NCBI RefSeq assembly: GCF_009914755.1
Contig: NC_060948.1
Origin: the human T2T-CHM13v2.0 reference genome, Homo sapiens
Length of the DNA stretch: 64,000 bases
Reading direction: 5' to 3' (one strand)
The notes under the pieces were generated by a model, which saw nothing but the letters and a program-made list of their open reading frames with translations, was not told the DNA's origin and searched no databases. Made by a program: the position numbers and the translations under genes. Positions 21,808 to 41,146 of the stretch are shown here, piece after piece (the stretch's first letter is position 1; each line of letters begins with the position of its first letter).

Positions 21808-23905
21808 AGATCCATATTTTTTAAATGAAAAAAAATTTCAAAGGTACTCTGCTTGGTACAATAATCAAATGTATAAACTGAGGAATAAAACATAACCATG
21901 AAACCTACTTATAACTGCATATGGAAAATACAGAGGATAATTTTTTAAATAACATATTTTGAAAGCCTTAACTAGTAATTTGAAGAGTTGGCATTTGAAA
22001 GGCCAGTATGAATATACCTTCAAAGCAGCAACACAGGTTCCCCATGAGAAAAAGCAAACACAGGGAAAATAAAAACACAAAGGTTCAATCTCTTCTGACC
22101 TTTGAAAGACACAGCACAGACAGTGGTCCTTAGGACGAAGAGCAGGAGACCCCTAATTCCGTCACCATGGCGATAGGGCATAAACATTGCTGGGTGAGGG
22201 CACAATCCACATTGTGAGGTCCAACTGCTGCCAGGAAGACAGGAGTGCTTTTACATAGACCGAAAGGTCATTGAAGGCTCAGAGTTTTGTTTCAAGAACT
22301 GAATCCCAAGCCCACACGTTATTAGGCTGCGCTTCTTAAAACAAGTTATGAGATGGGAAAAAGGGCACCCACAAACATACGTATACATTATGTATATAAT
22401 AATATACAGTATCATATATATAATATATATAACCTATGTATAATATTGTTTTACATCCTGCATCTTATGTTATATATATTGTATAAAATATAATAATTGA
22501 TAATATATAAGTTTTATAATTATACAATATGACATATAGTATATATTATAATTTATGACATATATAATATATGTTATATGTCAAATATAGAATATATTAT
22601 ACGGTTAATATACGTATTAAATATAAATTATACCTTATATATATTATATATAATATATCTGTTATATATAATACCCATTATGCATAATATATATATTATG
22701 TCTATGTTATATATAGTATAAAACAACATATAATAATATATAATTGTATATATAAAATGCGACATATAATATATATTATATTTTATAACATATGTAATAT
22801 ATATTATCTATAATACGTTGTATGTATAATACCTATATTAAATATATATTATATGACTATGTTATTAATTACATGTCACATGTGTTATATATTATATATT
22901 TTACATAGAATATACCGGTTACATACAATATATACTATGTTACCTATAATGTATAATTTATTACATGTAAAATAAAGAATGCAATATATTATGTATAATT
23001 TATAATATACAATATGTAGAATGTGATATATATAACATATAATATATGATATATGATATACAGTATATGATATATGACATACAATATATGATTCCTAATA
23101 TATATGGTATACAATATATATTTTATGATATGTTTTCTATATGTTTTATATTCTGTTATATATAACTATTTGAAATTATATATAACTGTATAATATTTTA
23201 TGTAAATATGTAATATAATATATATAACTATATAATATATTATATATAACTATATATTATGTTATATATACTTTTATAACATAATTTACATAAAATATCA
23301 TAATATAATATATATTATATTATTTCATATTACATAATATATATTACATATCACCCAATATAACTAACATACATAATATTATAATATAGATTATATTGTG
23401 TTATATTAAATATCATATATATCATGTATCATATATTCTATAATATATATTACACATTATATAATATGTATGTTGTCTATTATGTGATATATATAACTCT
23501 ATATATAATTATATTTATATACATATAACTAGATAAACATGTAATTCTACATATTTTCATTTATAATATGTAGAATTATATAATCATATATAATTATTTA
23601 TATTCTATAAAAAATTTTATCATTATATAAATTATAATATATAAAAATTATAATATGTACTACAAATATATATATTATATATCATATATGATATAGTACC
23701 TTTGTTATATATCATAATACATATAAATGTGTATTATGTTATCTATAATTATATAATTTCATATATAAGATGTATAATATGTATCATATATTATAAATGT
23801 TATGTAATATATATAGTATATATAAGATGACACAGGATAAATATTATATACTATGACATATAAAATATATGAGGTTATATGTTACATATAAGGCATAGCA
23901 CATAA

Positions 23906-24220
<315 letters not shown>

Positions 24221-26341
24221 AGATCCATATTTTTTAAATGAAAAAAAATTTCAAAGGTACTCTGCTTGGTACAATAATCAAATGTATAAACTGAGGAATA
24301 AAACATAACCATGAAACCTACTTATAACTGCATATGGAAAATACAGAGGATAATTTTTTAAATAACATATTTTGAAAGCCTTAACTAGTAATTTGAAGAG
24401 TTGGCATTTGAAAGGCCAGTATGAATATACCTTCAAAGCAGCAACACAGGTTCCCCATGAGAAAAAGCAAACACAGGGAAAATAAAAACACAAAGGTTCA
24501 ATCTCTTCTGACCTTTGAAAGACACAGCACAGACAGTGGTCCTTAGGACGAAGAGCAGGAGACCCCTAATTCCGTCACCATGGCGATAGGGCATAAACAT
24601 TGCTGGGTGAGGGCACAATCCACATTGTGAGGTCCAACTGCTGCCAGGAAGACAGGAGTGCTTTTACATAGACCGAAAGGTCATTGAAGGCTCAGAGTTT
24701 TGTTTCAAGAACTGAATCCCAAGCCCACACGTTATTAGGCTGCGCTTCTTAAAACAAGTTATGAGATGGGAAAAAGGGCACCCACAAACATACGTATACA
24801 TTATGTATATAATAATATACAGTATCATATATATAATATATATAACCTATGTATAATATTGTTTTACATCCTGCATCTTATGTTATATATATTGTATAAA
24901 ATATAATAATTGATAATATATAAGTTTTATAATTATACAATATGACATATAGTATATATTATAATTTATGACATATATAATATATGTTATATGTCAAATA
25001 TAGAATATATTATACGGTTAATATACGTATTAAATATAAATTATACCTTATATATATTATATATAATATATCTGTTATATATAATACCCATTATGCATAA
25101 TATATATATTATGTCTATGTTATATATAGTATAAAACAACATATAATAATATATAATTGTATATATAAAATGCGACATATAATATATATTATATTTTATA
25201 ACATATGTAATATATATTATCTATAATACGTTGTATGTATAATACCTATATTAAATATATATTATATGACTATGTTATTAATTACATGTCACATGTGTTA
25301 TATATTATATATTTTACATAGAATATACCGGTTACATACAATATATACTATGTTACCTATAATGTATAATTTATTACATGTAAAATAAAGAATGCAATAT
25401 ATTATGTATAATTTATAATATACAATATGTGGAATGTGATATATATAACATATAATGTATGATATATGATATACAGTATATGATATATAACATACAATAT
25501 ATGATTCCTAATATATATGGTATACAATATATATTTTATGATATGTATTCTATATGATTTATATTCTGTTATATATAACTATTTGAAATTATATATAACT
25601 GTATAATATTTTATGTAAATATGTAATATAATATATATAACTATATAATATATTATATATAACTATATATTATGTAATATATACTTTTATAACATAATTT
25701 ACATAAAATATCATAATATAATATATATTATATTATTTCATATTACATAATATATATTACATATCACCCAATATAACTAACATACATAATATTATAATAT
25801 AGATTATATTGTGTTATATTAAATATCATATATATCATGTATCATATATTCTATAATATATATTACACATTATATAATATGTATGTTGTCTATTATGTGA
25901 TATATATAACTCTATATATAATTATATTTTTATACATATATCTAGATAAACATGTAATTCTACATATTTTCATTTATAATATGTAGAATTATATAATCAT
26001 ATATAATTATTTATATTCTATAAAAAATTTTATCATTATATAAATTATAATATATAAAAATTATAATATGTACTACAAATATATATATTATATATCATAT
26101 ATGATATAGTACCTTTGTTATATATCATAATACATATAAATGTGTATTATGTTATCTATAATTATATAATTTCATATATAAGATGTATAATATGTATCAT
26201 ATATTATATATGTTATGTAATATATATAGTATATATAAGATGACACAGGATAAATATTATATACTATGACATATGAAATATATGAGGTTATATGTTACAT
26301 ATAAGGCATAGCACATAACATGTAATATATACCATATATAA

Positions 26342-26633
26342 TTTTTTTTTAGACAGAATCTTGTCCTGTTGCACAGGGTGGGGTACAATGGCGCCATCTT
26401 TGCTCACTGCAACTTCTGCCTCACGGGTCCAAGCGATTGTCCTCCCTCAGCCTCCCAGGTAGCTGGGACTACACCACACTGGGACTACACCAGCTGCCAC
26501 CATGCCTAGCTAATTTTTTGGATTTTTAGTAGTGACAGCCTTTCACTGTATTGGCCAGGATGGTCTTGATCTCTTCACCTTGTGATCCCCTTGCCTTGGC
26601 CTCCAAATTTGCTGGGATTACAGGCCTGAGCCA
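26342..26633 (-). mobile_element. DYZ2 Alu copy
   Basis: Near-identical to 2172-2463. Confidence 0.93.
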
Positions 26634-28761
26634 AGATCCATATTTTTTAAATGAAAAAAAATTTCAAAGGTACTCTGCTTGGTACAATAATCAAATGTAT
26701 AAACTGAGGAATAAAACATAACCATGAAACCTGCTTATAACTGCATATGGAAAATACAGAGGATAATTTTTTAAATAACATATTTTGAAAGCCTTAACTA
26801 GTAATTTGAAGAGTTGGCATTTGAAAGGCCAGTATGAATATACCTTCAAAGCAGCAACACAGGTTCCCCATGAGAAAAAGCAAACACAGGGAAAATAAAA
26901 ACACAAAGGTTCAATCTCTTCTGACCTTTGAAAGACACAGCACAGACAGTGGTCCTTAGGACGAAGAGCAGGAGACCCCTAATTCCGTCACCATGGCGAT
27001 AGGGCATAAACATTGCTGGGTGAGGGCACAATCCACATTGTGAGGTCCAACTGCTGCCAGGAAGACAGGAGTGCTTTTACATAGACCGAAAGGTCATTGA
27101 AGGCTCAGAGTTTTGTTTCAAGAACTGAATCCCAAGCCCACACGTTATTAGGCTGCGCTTCTTAAAACAAGTTATGAGATGGGAAAAAGGGCACCCACAA
27201 ACATACGTATACATTATGTATATAATAATATACAGTATCATATATATAATATATATAACCTATGTATAATATTGTTTTACATCCTGCATCTTATGTTATA
27301 TATATTGTATAAAATATAATAATTGATAATATATAAGTTTTATAATTATACAATATGACATATAGTATATATTATAATTTATGACATATATAATATATGT
27401 TATATGTCATATATAGAATATATTATAGGGTTAATATACGTATTAAATATAAATTATACATTATATATATTATATATAATATATCTGTTATATATAATAC
27501 CCATTATGCATAATATATATATTATGTCTATGTTATATATAGTATAAAACAACATATAATAATATATAATTGTATATATAAAATGCGACATATAATATAT
27601 ATTATATTTTATAACATATGTAATATATATTATATATTATATATAATATGTTGTATGTATAATACCTATATAAAATATATATTATATGACTATGTTATTA
27701 ATTACATGTCATATGTGTTATATATTATATATTTTACATAGAATATACCGGTTACATACAATATATACTATGTTACCTATAATGTATAATTTATTACATG
27801 TAAAATAAAGAATGCAATATATTATGTATAATTTATAATATACAATATGTGGAATGTGATATATATAACATATAATATATGATATATGATATACAGTATA
27901 TGATATATAACATACAATATATGATTCCTAATATATATGGTATACAATATATATTTTATGATATGTATTCTATATGTTTTATATTCTGTTATATATAACT
28001 ATTTGAAATTATATATAACTGTATAATATTTTATGTAAATATGTAATATAAGATATATAACTATATAATATATTATATATAACTATATATTATGTAATAT
28101 ATACTTTTATAACATAATTTACATAAAATATCATAATATAATATATATTATATTATTTCATATTACATAATATATATTACATATCACCCAATATAACTAA
28201 CATACATAATATTATAATATAGATTATATTGTGTTATATTAAATATCATATATATCATGTATCATATATTCTATAATATATATTACACATTATATAATAT
28301 GTATGTTGTCTATTATGTGATATATATAACTCTATATATAATTATATTTTTATACATATATCTAGATAAACATGTAATTCTACATATTTTCATTTATAAT
28401 ATGTAGAATTATATAATCATATATAATTATTTATATTCTATAAAAAATTTTATCATTATATAAATTATAATATATAAAAATTATAATATGTACTACAAAT
28501 ATATATATTATATATCATATATGATATAGTACCTTTGTTATATATCATAATACATATAAATGTGTATTATGTTATCTATAATTATATAGTTTCATATATA
28601 AGATGTATAATATGTATCATATATTATATATGTTATGTAATATATATAGTATATATAAGATGACACAGGATAAATATTATATACTATGACATATAAAATA
28701 TATGAGGTTATATGTTACATATAAGGCATAGCACATAACATGTAATATATACCATATATAA

Positions 28762-29053
28762 TTTTTTTTTAGACAGAATCTTGTCCTGTTGCACAGGGTG
28801 GGGTACAATGGCGCCATCTTTGCTCACTGCAACTTCTGCCTCACGGGTCCAAGCGATTGTCCTCCCTCAGCCTCCCAGGTAGCTGGGACTACACCACACT
28901 GGGACTACACCAGCTGCCACCATGCCTAGCTAATTTTTTGGATTTTTAGTAGTGACAGCCTTTCACTGTATTGGCCAGGATGGTCTTGATCTCTTCACCT
29001 TGTGATCCCCTTGCCTTGGCCTCCAAATTTGCTGGGATTACAGGCCTGAGCCA
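28762..29053 (-). mobile_element. DYZ2 Alu copy
   Basis: Near-identical to 2172-2463. Confidence 0.93.
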
Positions 29054-31181
29054 AGATCCATATTTTTTAAGTGAAAAAAAATTTCAAAGGTACTCTGCTT
29101 GGTACAATAATCAAATGTATAAACTGAGGAATAAAACATAACCATGAAACCTGCTTATAACTGCATATGGAAAATACAGAGGATAATTTTTTAAATAACA
29201 TATTTTGAAAGCCTTAACTAGTAATTTGAAGAGTTGGCATTTGAAAGGCCAGTATGAATATACCTTCAAAGCAGCAACACAGGTTCCCCATGAGAAAAAG
29301 CAAACACAGGGAAAATAAAAACACAAAGGTTCAATCTCTTCTGACCTTTGAAAGACACAGCACAGACAGTGGTCCTTAGGACGAAGAGCAGGAGACCCCT
29401 AATTCCGTCACCATGGCGATAGGGCATAAACATTGCTGGGTGAGGGCACAATCCACATTGTGAGGTCCAACTGCTGCCAGGAAGACAGGAGTGCTTTTAC
29501 ATAGACCGAAAGGTCATTGAAGGCTCAGAGTTTTGTTTCAAGAACTGAATCCCAAGCCCACACGTTATTAGGCTGCGCTTCTTAAAACAAGTTATGAGAT
29601 GGGAAAAAGGGCACCCACAAACATACGTATACATTATGTATATAATAATATACAGTATCATATATATAATATATATAACCAATGTATAATATTGTTTTAC
29701 ATCCTGCATCTTATGTTATATATATTGTATAAAATATAATAATTGATAATATATAAGTTTTATAATTCTACAATATGACATATAGTATATATTATAATTT
29801 ATGACATATATAATATATGTTATATGTCATATATAGAATATATTATAGGGTTAATATACGTATTAAATATAAATTATACATTATATATATTATATATAAT
29901 ATATCTGTTATATATAATACCCATTATGCATAATATATATATTATGTCTATGTTATATATAGTATAAAACAACATATAATAATATATAATTGTATATATA
30001 AAATGCGACATATAATATATATTATATTTTATAACATATGTAATATATATTATATATTATATATAATATGTTGTATGTATAATACCTATATTAAATATAT
30101 ATTATATGACTATGTTATTAATTACATGTCACATGTGTTATATATTATATATTTTACATAGAATATACCAGTTACATACAATATATACTATGTTACCTAT
30201 AATGTATAATTTATTACATGTAAAATAAAGAATGCAATATATTATGTATAATTTATAATATACAATATGTGGAATGTGATATATATAACATATAATATAT
30301 GATATATGATATACAGTATATGATATATAACATACAATATATGATTCCTAATATATATGGTATACAATATATATTTTATGATATGTATTCTATATGTTTT
30401 ATATTCTGTTATATATAACTATTTGAAATTATATATAACTGTATAATATTTTATGTAAATATGTAATATAATATATATAACTATATAATATATTATATAT
30501 AACTATATATTATGTAATATATACTTTTATAACATAATTTACATAAAATATCATAATATAATATATATTATATTATTTCATATTACATAATATATATTAC
30601 ATATCACCCAATATAACTAACATACATAATATTATAATATAGATTATATTGTGTTATATTAAATATCATATATATCATGTATCATATATTCTATAATATA
30701 TATTACACATTATATAATATGTATGTTGTCTATTATGTGATATATATAACTCTATATATAATTATATTTTTATACATATATCTAGATAAACATGTAATTC
30801 TACATATTTTCATTTATAATATGTAGAATTATATAATCATATATAATTATTTATATTCTATAAAAAATTTTATCATTATATAAATTATAATATATAAAAA
30901 TTATAATATGTACTACAAATATATATATTATATATCATATATAATATAGTACCTTTGTTATATATCATAATACATATAAATGTGTATTATGTTATCTATA
31001 ATTATATAATTTCATATATAAGATGTATAATATGTATCATATATTATATATGTTATGTAATATATATAGTATATATAAGATGACACAGGATAAATATTAT
31101 ATACTATGACATATAAAATATATGAGGTTATATGTTACATATAAGGCATAGCACATAACATGTAATATATACCATATATAA

Positions 31182-31473
31182 TTTTTTTTTAGACAGAATC
31201 TTGTCCTGTTGCACAGGGTGGGGTACAATGGCGCCATCTTTGCTCACTGCAACTTCTGCCTCACGGGTCCAAGCGATTGTCCTCCCTCAGCCTCCCAGGT
31301 AGCTGGGACTACACCACACTGGGACTACACCAGCTGCCACCATGCCTAGCTAATTTTTTGGATTTTTAGTAGTGACAGCGTTTCACTGTATTGGCCAGGA
31401 TGGTCTTGATCTCTTCACCTTGTGATCCCCTTGCCTTGGCCTCCAAATTTGCTGGGATTACAGGCCTGAGCCA
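31182..31473 (-). mobile_element. DYZ2 Alu copy
   Basis: Near-identical to 2172-2463. Confidence 0.93.
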
Positions 31474-33601
31474 AGATCCATATTTTTTAAGTGAAAAAAA
31501 ATTTCAAAGGTACTCTGCTTGGTACAATAATCAAATGTATAAACTGAGGAATAAAACATAACCATGAAACCTGCTTATAACTGCATATGGAAAATACAGA
31601 GGATAATTTTTTAAATAACATATTTTGAAAGCCTTAACTAGTAATTTGAAGAGTTGGCATTTGAAAGGCCAGTATGAATATACCTTCAAAGCAGCAACAC
31701 AGGTTCCCCATGAGAAAAAGCAAACACAGGGAAAATAAAAACACAAAGGTTCAATCTCTTCTGACCTTTGAAAGACACAGCACAGACAGTGGTCCTTAGG
31801 ACGAAGAGCAGGAGACCCCTAATTCCGTCACCATGGCGATAGGGCATAAACATTGCTGGGTGAGGGCACAATCCACATTGTGAGGTCCAACTGCTGCCAG
31901 GAAGACAGGAGTGCTTTTACATAGACCGAAAGTTCATTGAAGGCTCAGAGTTTTGTTTCAAGAACTGAATCCCAAGCCCACACGTTATTAGGCTGCGCTT
32001 CTTAAAACAAGTTATGAGATGGGAAAAAGGGCACCCACAAACATACGTATACATTATGTATATAATAATATACAGTATCATATATATAATATATATAACC
32101 TATGTATAATATTGTTTTACATCCTGCATCTTATGTTATATATATTGTATAAAATATAATAATTGATAATATATAAGTTTTATAATTCTACAATATGACA
32201 TATAGTATATATTATAATTTATGACATATATAATATATGTTATATGTCATATATAGAATATATTATAGGGTTAATATACGTATTAAATATAAATTATACA
32301 TTATATATATTATATATAATATATCTGTTATATATAATACCCATTATGCATAATATATATATTATGTCTATGTTATATATAGTATAAAACAACATATAAT
32401 AATATATAATTGTATATATAAAATGCGACATATAATATATATTATATTTTATAACATATGTAATATGTATTATATATTATATATAATACGTTGTATGTAT
32501 AATACCTATATTAAATATATATTATGTGACTATGTTATTAATTACATGTCACATGTGTTATATATTATATATTTTACATAGAATATACCGGTTACATACA
32601 ATATATACTATGTTACCTATAATGTATAATTTATTACATGTAAAATAAAGAATGCAATATATTATGTATAATTTATAATATACAATATGTGGAATGTGAT
32701 ATATATAACATATAATATATGATATATGATATACAGTATATGATATATAACATACAATATATGATTCCTAATATATATGGTATACAATATATATTTTATG
32801 ATATGTATTCTATATGTTTTATATTCTGTTATATATAACTATTTGAAATTATATATAACTGTATAATATTTTATGTAAATATGTAATATAATATATATAA
32901 CTATATAATATATTATATATAACTATATATTATGTAATATATACTTTTATAACATAATTTACATAAAATATCATAATATAATATACATTATATTATTTCA
33001 TATTACATAATATATATTACATATCACCCAATATAACTAACATACATAATATTATAATATAGATTATATTGTGTTATATTAAATATCATATATATCATGT
33101 ATCATATATTCTATAATATATATTACACATTATATAATATGTATGTTGTCTATTATGTGATATATATAACTCTATATATAATTATATTTTTATACATATA
33201 TCTAGATAAACATGTAATTCTACATATTTTCATTTATAATATGTAGAATTATATAATCATATATAATTATTTATATTCTATAAAAAATTTTATCATTATA
33301 TAAATTATAATATATAAAAATTATAATATGTACTACAAATATATATATTATATATCATATATGATATAGTACCTTTGTTATATATCATAATACATATAAA
33401 TGTGTATTATGTTATCTATAATTATATAATTTCATATATAAGATGTATAATATGTATCATATATTATATATGTTATGTAATATATATAGTATATATAAGA
33501 TGACACAGGATAAATATTATATACTATGACATATAAAATATATGAGGTTATATGTTACATATAAGGCATAGCACATAACATGTAATATATACCATATATA
33601 A

Positions 33602-33893
33602 TTTTTTTTTAGACAGAATCTTGTCCTGTTGCACAGGGTGGGGTACAATGGCGCCATCTTTGCTCACTGCAACTTCTGCCTCACGGGTCCAAGCGATTGT
33701 CCTCCCTCAGCCTCCCAGGTAGCTGGGACTACACCACACTGGGACTACACCAGCTGCCACCATGCCTAGCTAATTTTTTGGATTTTTAGTAGTGACAGCC
33801 TTTCACTGTATTGGCCAGGATGGTCTTGATCTCTTCACCTTGTGATCCCCTTGCCTTGGCCTCCAAATTTGCTGGGATTACAGGCCTGAGCCA
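33602..33893 (-). mobile_element. DYZ2 Alu copy
   Basis: Near-identical to 2172-2463. Confidence 0.93.
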
Positions 33894-35998
33894 AGATCCA
33901 TATTTTTTAAGTGAAAAAAAATTTCAAAGGTACTCTGCTTGGTACAATAATCAAATGTATAAACTGAGGAATAAAACATAACCATGAAACCTGCTTATAA
34001 CTGCATATGGAAAATACAGAGGATAATTTTTTAAATAACATATTTTGAAAGCCTTAACTAGTAATTTGAAGAGTTGGCATTTGAAAGGCCAGTATGAATA
34101 TACCTTCAAAGCAGCAACACAGGTTCCCCATGAGAAAAAGCAAACACAGGGAAAATAAAAACACAAAGGTTCAATCTCTTCTGACCTTTGAAAGACACAG
34201 CACAGACAGTGGTCCTTAGGACGAAGAGCAGGAGACCCCTAATTCCGTCACCATGGCGATAGGGCATAAACATTGCTGGGTGAGGGCACAATCCACATTG
34301 TGAGGTCCAACTGCTGCCAGGAAGACAGGAGTGCTTTTACATAGACCGAAAGGTCATTGAAGGCTCAGAGTTTTGTTTCAAGAACTGAATCCCAAGCCCA
34401 CACGTTATTAGGCTGCGCTTCTTAAAACAAGTTATGAGATGGGAAAAAGGGCACCCACAAACATACGTATACATTATGTATAAAATAATATACAGTATCA
34501 TATATATAATATATATAACCTATGTATAATATAGTTTTACATCCTGCATCTTATGTTATATATATTGTATAAAATATAATAATTGATAATATATAAGTTT
34601 TATAATTATACAATATGACATATAGTATATATTATAATTTATGACATATATAATATATCTTATATGTCATATATAGAATATATTATAGGGTTAATATACG
34701 TATTAAATATAAATTATACATTATATATATTATATATAATATATCTGTTATATATAATACCCATTATGCATAATATATATATTATGTCTATGTTATATAT
34801 AGTATAAAACAACATATAATAATATATAATTGTATATATAAAATGCGACATATAATATATATTATATTTTATAACATATGTAATATATATTATATATTAT
34901 ATGTAATACGTTGTATGTATAATACCTATATTAAATATATATTATGTGACTATGTTATTAATTACATGTCACATGTGTTATATATTATATATTTTACACA
35001 GAATATACCGGTTACATACAATATATACTATGTTACCTATAATGTATAATTTATTACATGTAAAATAAAGAATGCAATATATTATGTATAATTTATAATA
35101 TACAATATGTGGAATGTGATATATATAACATATAATATATGATATATGATATACAGTATATGATATATAACATACAATATATGATTCCTAATATATATGG
35201 TATACAATATATATTTTATGATATGTATTCTATATGTTTTATATTCTGTTATATATAACTATTTGAAATTACATATAACTGTATAATATTTTATATAAAT
35301 ATGTAATATAATATATATAACTATATAATATATTATATATAACTATATATTATGTTATATATACTTTTATAACATAATTTACATAAAATATCATAATATA
35401 ATATATATTATATTATTTCATATTACATAATATATATTACATATCACCCAATATAACTAACATACATAATATTATAATATAGATTATATTATGTTATGTT
35501 AAATATCATATATATCATGTATCATATATTCTATAATATATATTACACATTATATAATATGTATGTTGTCTATTATGTGATATATATAACTATATATATA
35601 ATTATATATTTATACATATAACTAGATAAACATGTAATTCTACATATTTTCATTTATAATATGTAGAATTATATAATCATATATAATTATTTATATTCTA
35701 TAAAAAATTTTATCATTATATAAATTATAATATATAAAAATTATAATATGTACTACAAATATATATATTATATATCATATATGATATAGTACCTTTGTTA
35801 TATATCATAATACATATAAATGTGTATTCTGTTATCTATAATTATATAATTTCATATATAAGATGTATAATATGTATCATATATTATATATGTTATGTAA
35901 TATATACAGCATATATAAGATGACACAGGATAAATATTATATACTATGACATATAAAATATATGAGGTTATATGTTACATATAAGGCATAGCACATAA

Positions 35999-36313
<315 letters not shown>

Positions 36314-38441
36314 AGATCCATATTTTTTAAATGAAAAAAAATTTCAAAGGTACTCTGCTTGGTACAATAATCAAATGTATAAACTGAGGAATAAAACATA
36401 ACCATGAAACCTACTTATAACTGCATATGGAAAATACAGAGGATAATTTTTTAAATAACATATTTTGAAAGCCTTAACTAGTAATTTGAAGAGTTGGCAT
36501 TTGAAAGGCCAGTATGAATATACCTTCAAAGCAGCAACACAGGTTCCCCATGAGGAAAAGCAAACACAGGGAAAATAAAAACACAAAGGTTCAATCTCTT
36601 CTGACCTTTGAAAGACACAGCACAGACAGTGGTCGTTAGGACGAAGAGCAGGAGACCCCTAATTCCGTCACCATGGCGATAGGGCATAAACATTGCTGGG
36701 TGAGGGCACAATCCACATTGTGAGGTCCAACTGCTGCCAGGAAGACAGGAGTGCTTTTACATAGACCGAAAGGTCATTGAAGGCTCAGAGTTTTGTTTCA
36801 AGAACTGAATCCCAAGCCCACACGTTATTAGGCTGCGCTTCTTAAAACAAGTTATGAGATGGGAAAAAGGGCACCCACAAACATACGTATACATTATGTA
36901 TATAATAATATACAGTATCATATATATAATATATATAACCTATGTATAATATTGTTTTACATCCTGCATCTTATGTTATATATATTGTATAAAATATAAT
37001 AATTGATAATATATAAGTTTTATAATTATACAATATGACATATAGTATATATTATAATTTATGACATATATAATATATGTTATATATCATATATAGAATA
37101 TATTATACGGTTAATATACGTATTAAATATAAATTATACATTATATATATTATATATAATATATCTGTTATATATAATACCCATTATGCATAATATATAT
37201 ATTATGTCTATGTTATATATAGTATAAAACAACATATAATAATATATAATTGTATATATAAAATGTGACATATAATATATATTATATTTTATAACATATG
37301 TAATATATATTATATATTATATATAACACGTTGTATGTATAATACCTATATTAAATATATATTATATGACTATGTTATTAATTACATGTCACATGTGTTA
37401 TATATTATATATTTTACATAGAATATACCGGTTACATACAATATATAATATGTTACCTATAATGTATAATTTATTACATGTAAAATAAAGAATGCAATAT
37501 ATTATGTATAATTTATAATATACAATATGTGGAATGTGATATATATAACATATAATATATGATATATGATATACAGTATATGATATATAACATACAATAT
37601 ATGATTCCTAATATATATGGTATACAATATATATTTTATGATATGTATTCTATATGTTTTATATTCTGTAATATATAACTATTTGAAATTATATATAACT
37701 GTATAATATTTTATGTAAATATGTAATATAATATATATAACTATATAATATATTATATATAACTATATATTATGTTATATATACTTTTATAACATAATTT
37801 ACATAAAATATCATAATATAATATATATTATATTATTTCATATTACATAATATATATTACATATCACCCAATATAACTAACATACATAATATTATAATAT
37901 AGATTATATTGTGTTATATTAAATATCATATATATCATGTATCATATATTCTATAATATATATTACACATTATATAATATGTATGTTGTATATTATGTGA
38001 TATATATAACTCTATATATAATTATATTTTTATACATATAACTAGATAAACATGTAATTCTACATATTTTCATTTATAATATGTAGAATTATATAATCAT
38101 ATATAATTATTTATATTCTATAAAAAATTTTATCATTATATAAATTATAATATATAAAAATTATAATATGTACTACAAATATATATATTATATATCATAT
38201 ATGATATAGTACCTTTGTTATATATCATAATACATATAAATGTGTATTATGTTATCTATAATTATATAATTTCATATATAAGATGTATAATATGTATCAT
38301 ATATTATATATGTTATGTAATATATACAGTATATATAAGATGACACAGGATAAATATTATATACTATGACATATAAAATATATGAGGTTATATGTTACAT
38401 ATAAGGCATAGCACATAACATGTAATATATATCATATATAA

Positions 38442-38733
38442 TTTTTTTTTATACAGAATCTTGTCCTGTTGCACAGGGTGGGGTACAATGGCGCCATCTT
38501 TGCTCACTGCAACTTCTGCCTCATGGTTCCAAGCGATTGTCCTCCCTCAGCCTCCCAGGTAGCTGGGACTACACCACACTGGGACTACACCAGCTGCCAC
38601 CATGCCTAGCTAATTTTTTGGATTTTTAGTAGTGACAGCTTTTCACTGTATTGGCCAGGATGGTCTTGATCTCTTCACCTTGTGATCCCCTTGCCTTGGC
38701 CTCCAAATTTGCTGGGATTACAGGCCTGAGCCA
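38442..38733 (-). mobile_element. DYZ2 Alu copy
   Basis: Near-identical to 2172-2463; tcatggttcc variant. Confidence 0.93.
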
Positions 38734-40831
38734 AGATCCATATTTTTTAAATGAAAAAAAATTTCAAAGGTACTCTGCTTGGTACAATAATCAAATGTAT
38801 AAACTGAGGAATAAAACATAACCATGAAACCTACTTATAACTGCATATGGAAAATACAGAGGATAATTTTTTAAATAACATATTTTGAAAGCCTTAACTA
38901 GTAATTTGAAGAGTTGGCATTTGAAAGGCCAGTATGAATATACCTTCAAAGCAGCAACACAGGTTCCCCATGAGAAAAAGCAAACACAGGGGAAATAAAA
39001 ACACAGAGGTTCAATCTCTTCTGACCTTTGAAAGACACAGCACAGACAGTGGTCCTTAGGACGAAGAGCAGGAGACCCCTAATTCCGTCACCATGGCGAT
39101 AGGGCATAAACATTGCTGGGTGAGGGCACAATCCACATTGTGAGGTCCAACTGCTGCCAGGAAGACAGGAGTGCTTTTACATATACCGAAAGGTCATTGA
39201 AGGCTCAGAGTTTTGTTTCAAGAACTGAATCCCAAGCCCACACGTTATTAGGCTGCGCTTCTTAAAACAAGTTATGAGATGGGAAAAAGGGCACCCACAA
39301 ACATACGTATACATTATGTATATAATAATATACAGTATCATATATATAATATATATAACCTATGTATAATATTGTTTTACATCCTGCATCTTATGTTATA
39401 TTTATTGTATAAAATATAATAATTGATAATATATAAGTTTTATAATTATACAATACGACATATAGTACATATTATAATTTATGACATATATAGTATATGT
39501 TATATATCATATATAGAATATATTATACGGTTAATATACGTATTAAATATAAATTATACATTATATATATTATATATAATATATCTGTTATATATAATAC
39601 CCATTATGCATAATATATATATTATGTCTATGTTATATATAGTATAAAACAACATATAATAATATATAATTGTATATATAAAATGCGACATATAATATAT
39701 ATTATATTTTATAACATATGTAATATATATTATATATAACACGTTGTATGTAAAATACCTATATTAAATATATGTTATATGACTATGTTATTAATTACAT
39801 GTCACATGTGTTATATATTATATATTTTACATAGAATATACCGGTTACATACAATATATACTATGTTACCTATAATGTATAATTTATTACATGTAAAATA
39901 AAGAATGCAATATATTATGTATAATTTATAACATACAATATGTGGAATGTGATATATATAACATATAATATATGATATATGATATACAGTATATGATATA
40001 TAACATACAATATATGATTCCTAATATATATGGTATACAATATATATTTTATGATATGTATTCTATATGTTTTATATTCTGTTATATATAACTATTTGAA
40101 ATTACATATAACTGTATAATATTTTATGTAAATATGTAATATAATATATATAACTATATAATATATTATATATAACTATATATTATGTTATATATACTTT
40201 TATAACATAATTTATATAAAATATCATAATATAATATATATTATATTATTTCATATTACATAATATATATTACATATCACCCAATATAACTAACATACAT
40301 AATATTATAATATAGATTATATTATGTTATGTTAAATATCATATATATCATGTATCATATATTCTATAATATATATTACACATTATATAATATGTATGTT
40401 GTCTATTATGTGATATATATAACTATATATATAATTATATATTTATACATATAACTAGATAAACATGTAATTCTACATATTTTCATTTATAATATGTAGA
40501 ATTATATAATCATATATAATTATTTATATTCTATAAAAAATTTTATCATTATATAAATTATAATATATAAAAATTATAATATGTACTACAAATATATATA
40601 TTATATATCATATATGATATAGTACCTTTGTTATATATCATAATACATATAAATGTGTATTATGTTATCTATAATTATATAATTTCATATATAAGATGTA
40701 TAATATGTATCATATATTATATATGTTATGTAATATATACAGCATATATAAGATGACACAGGATAAATATTATATACTATGACATATAAAATATATGAGG
40801 TTATATGTTACATATAAGGCATAGCACATAA

Positions 40832-41146
<315 letters not shown>
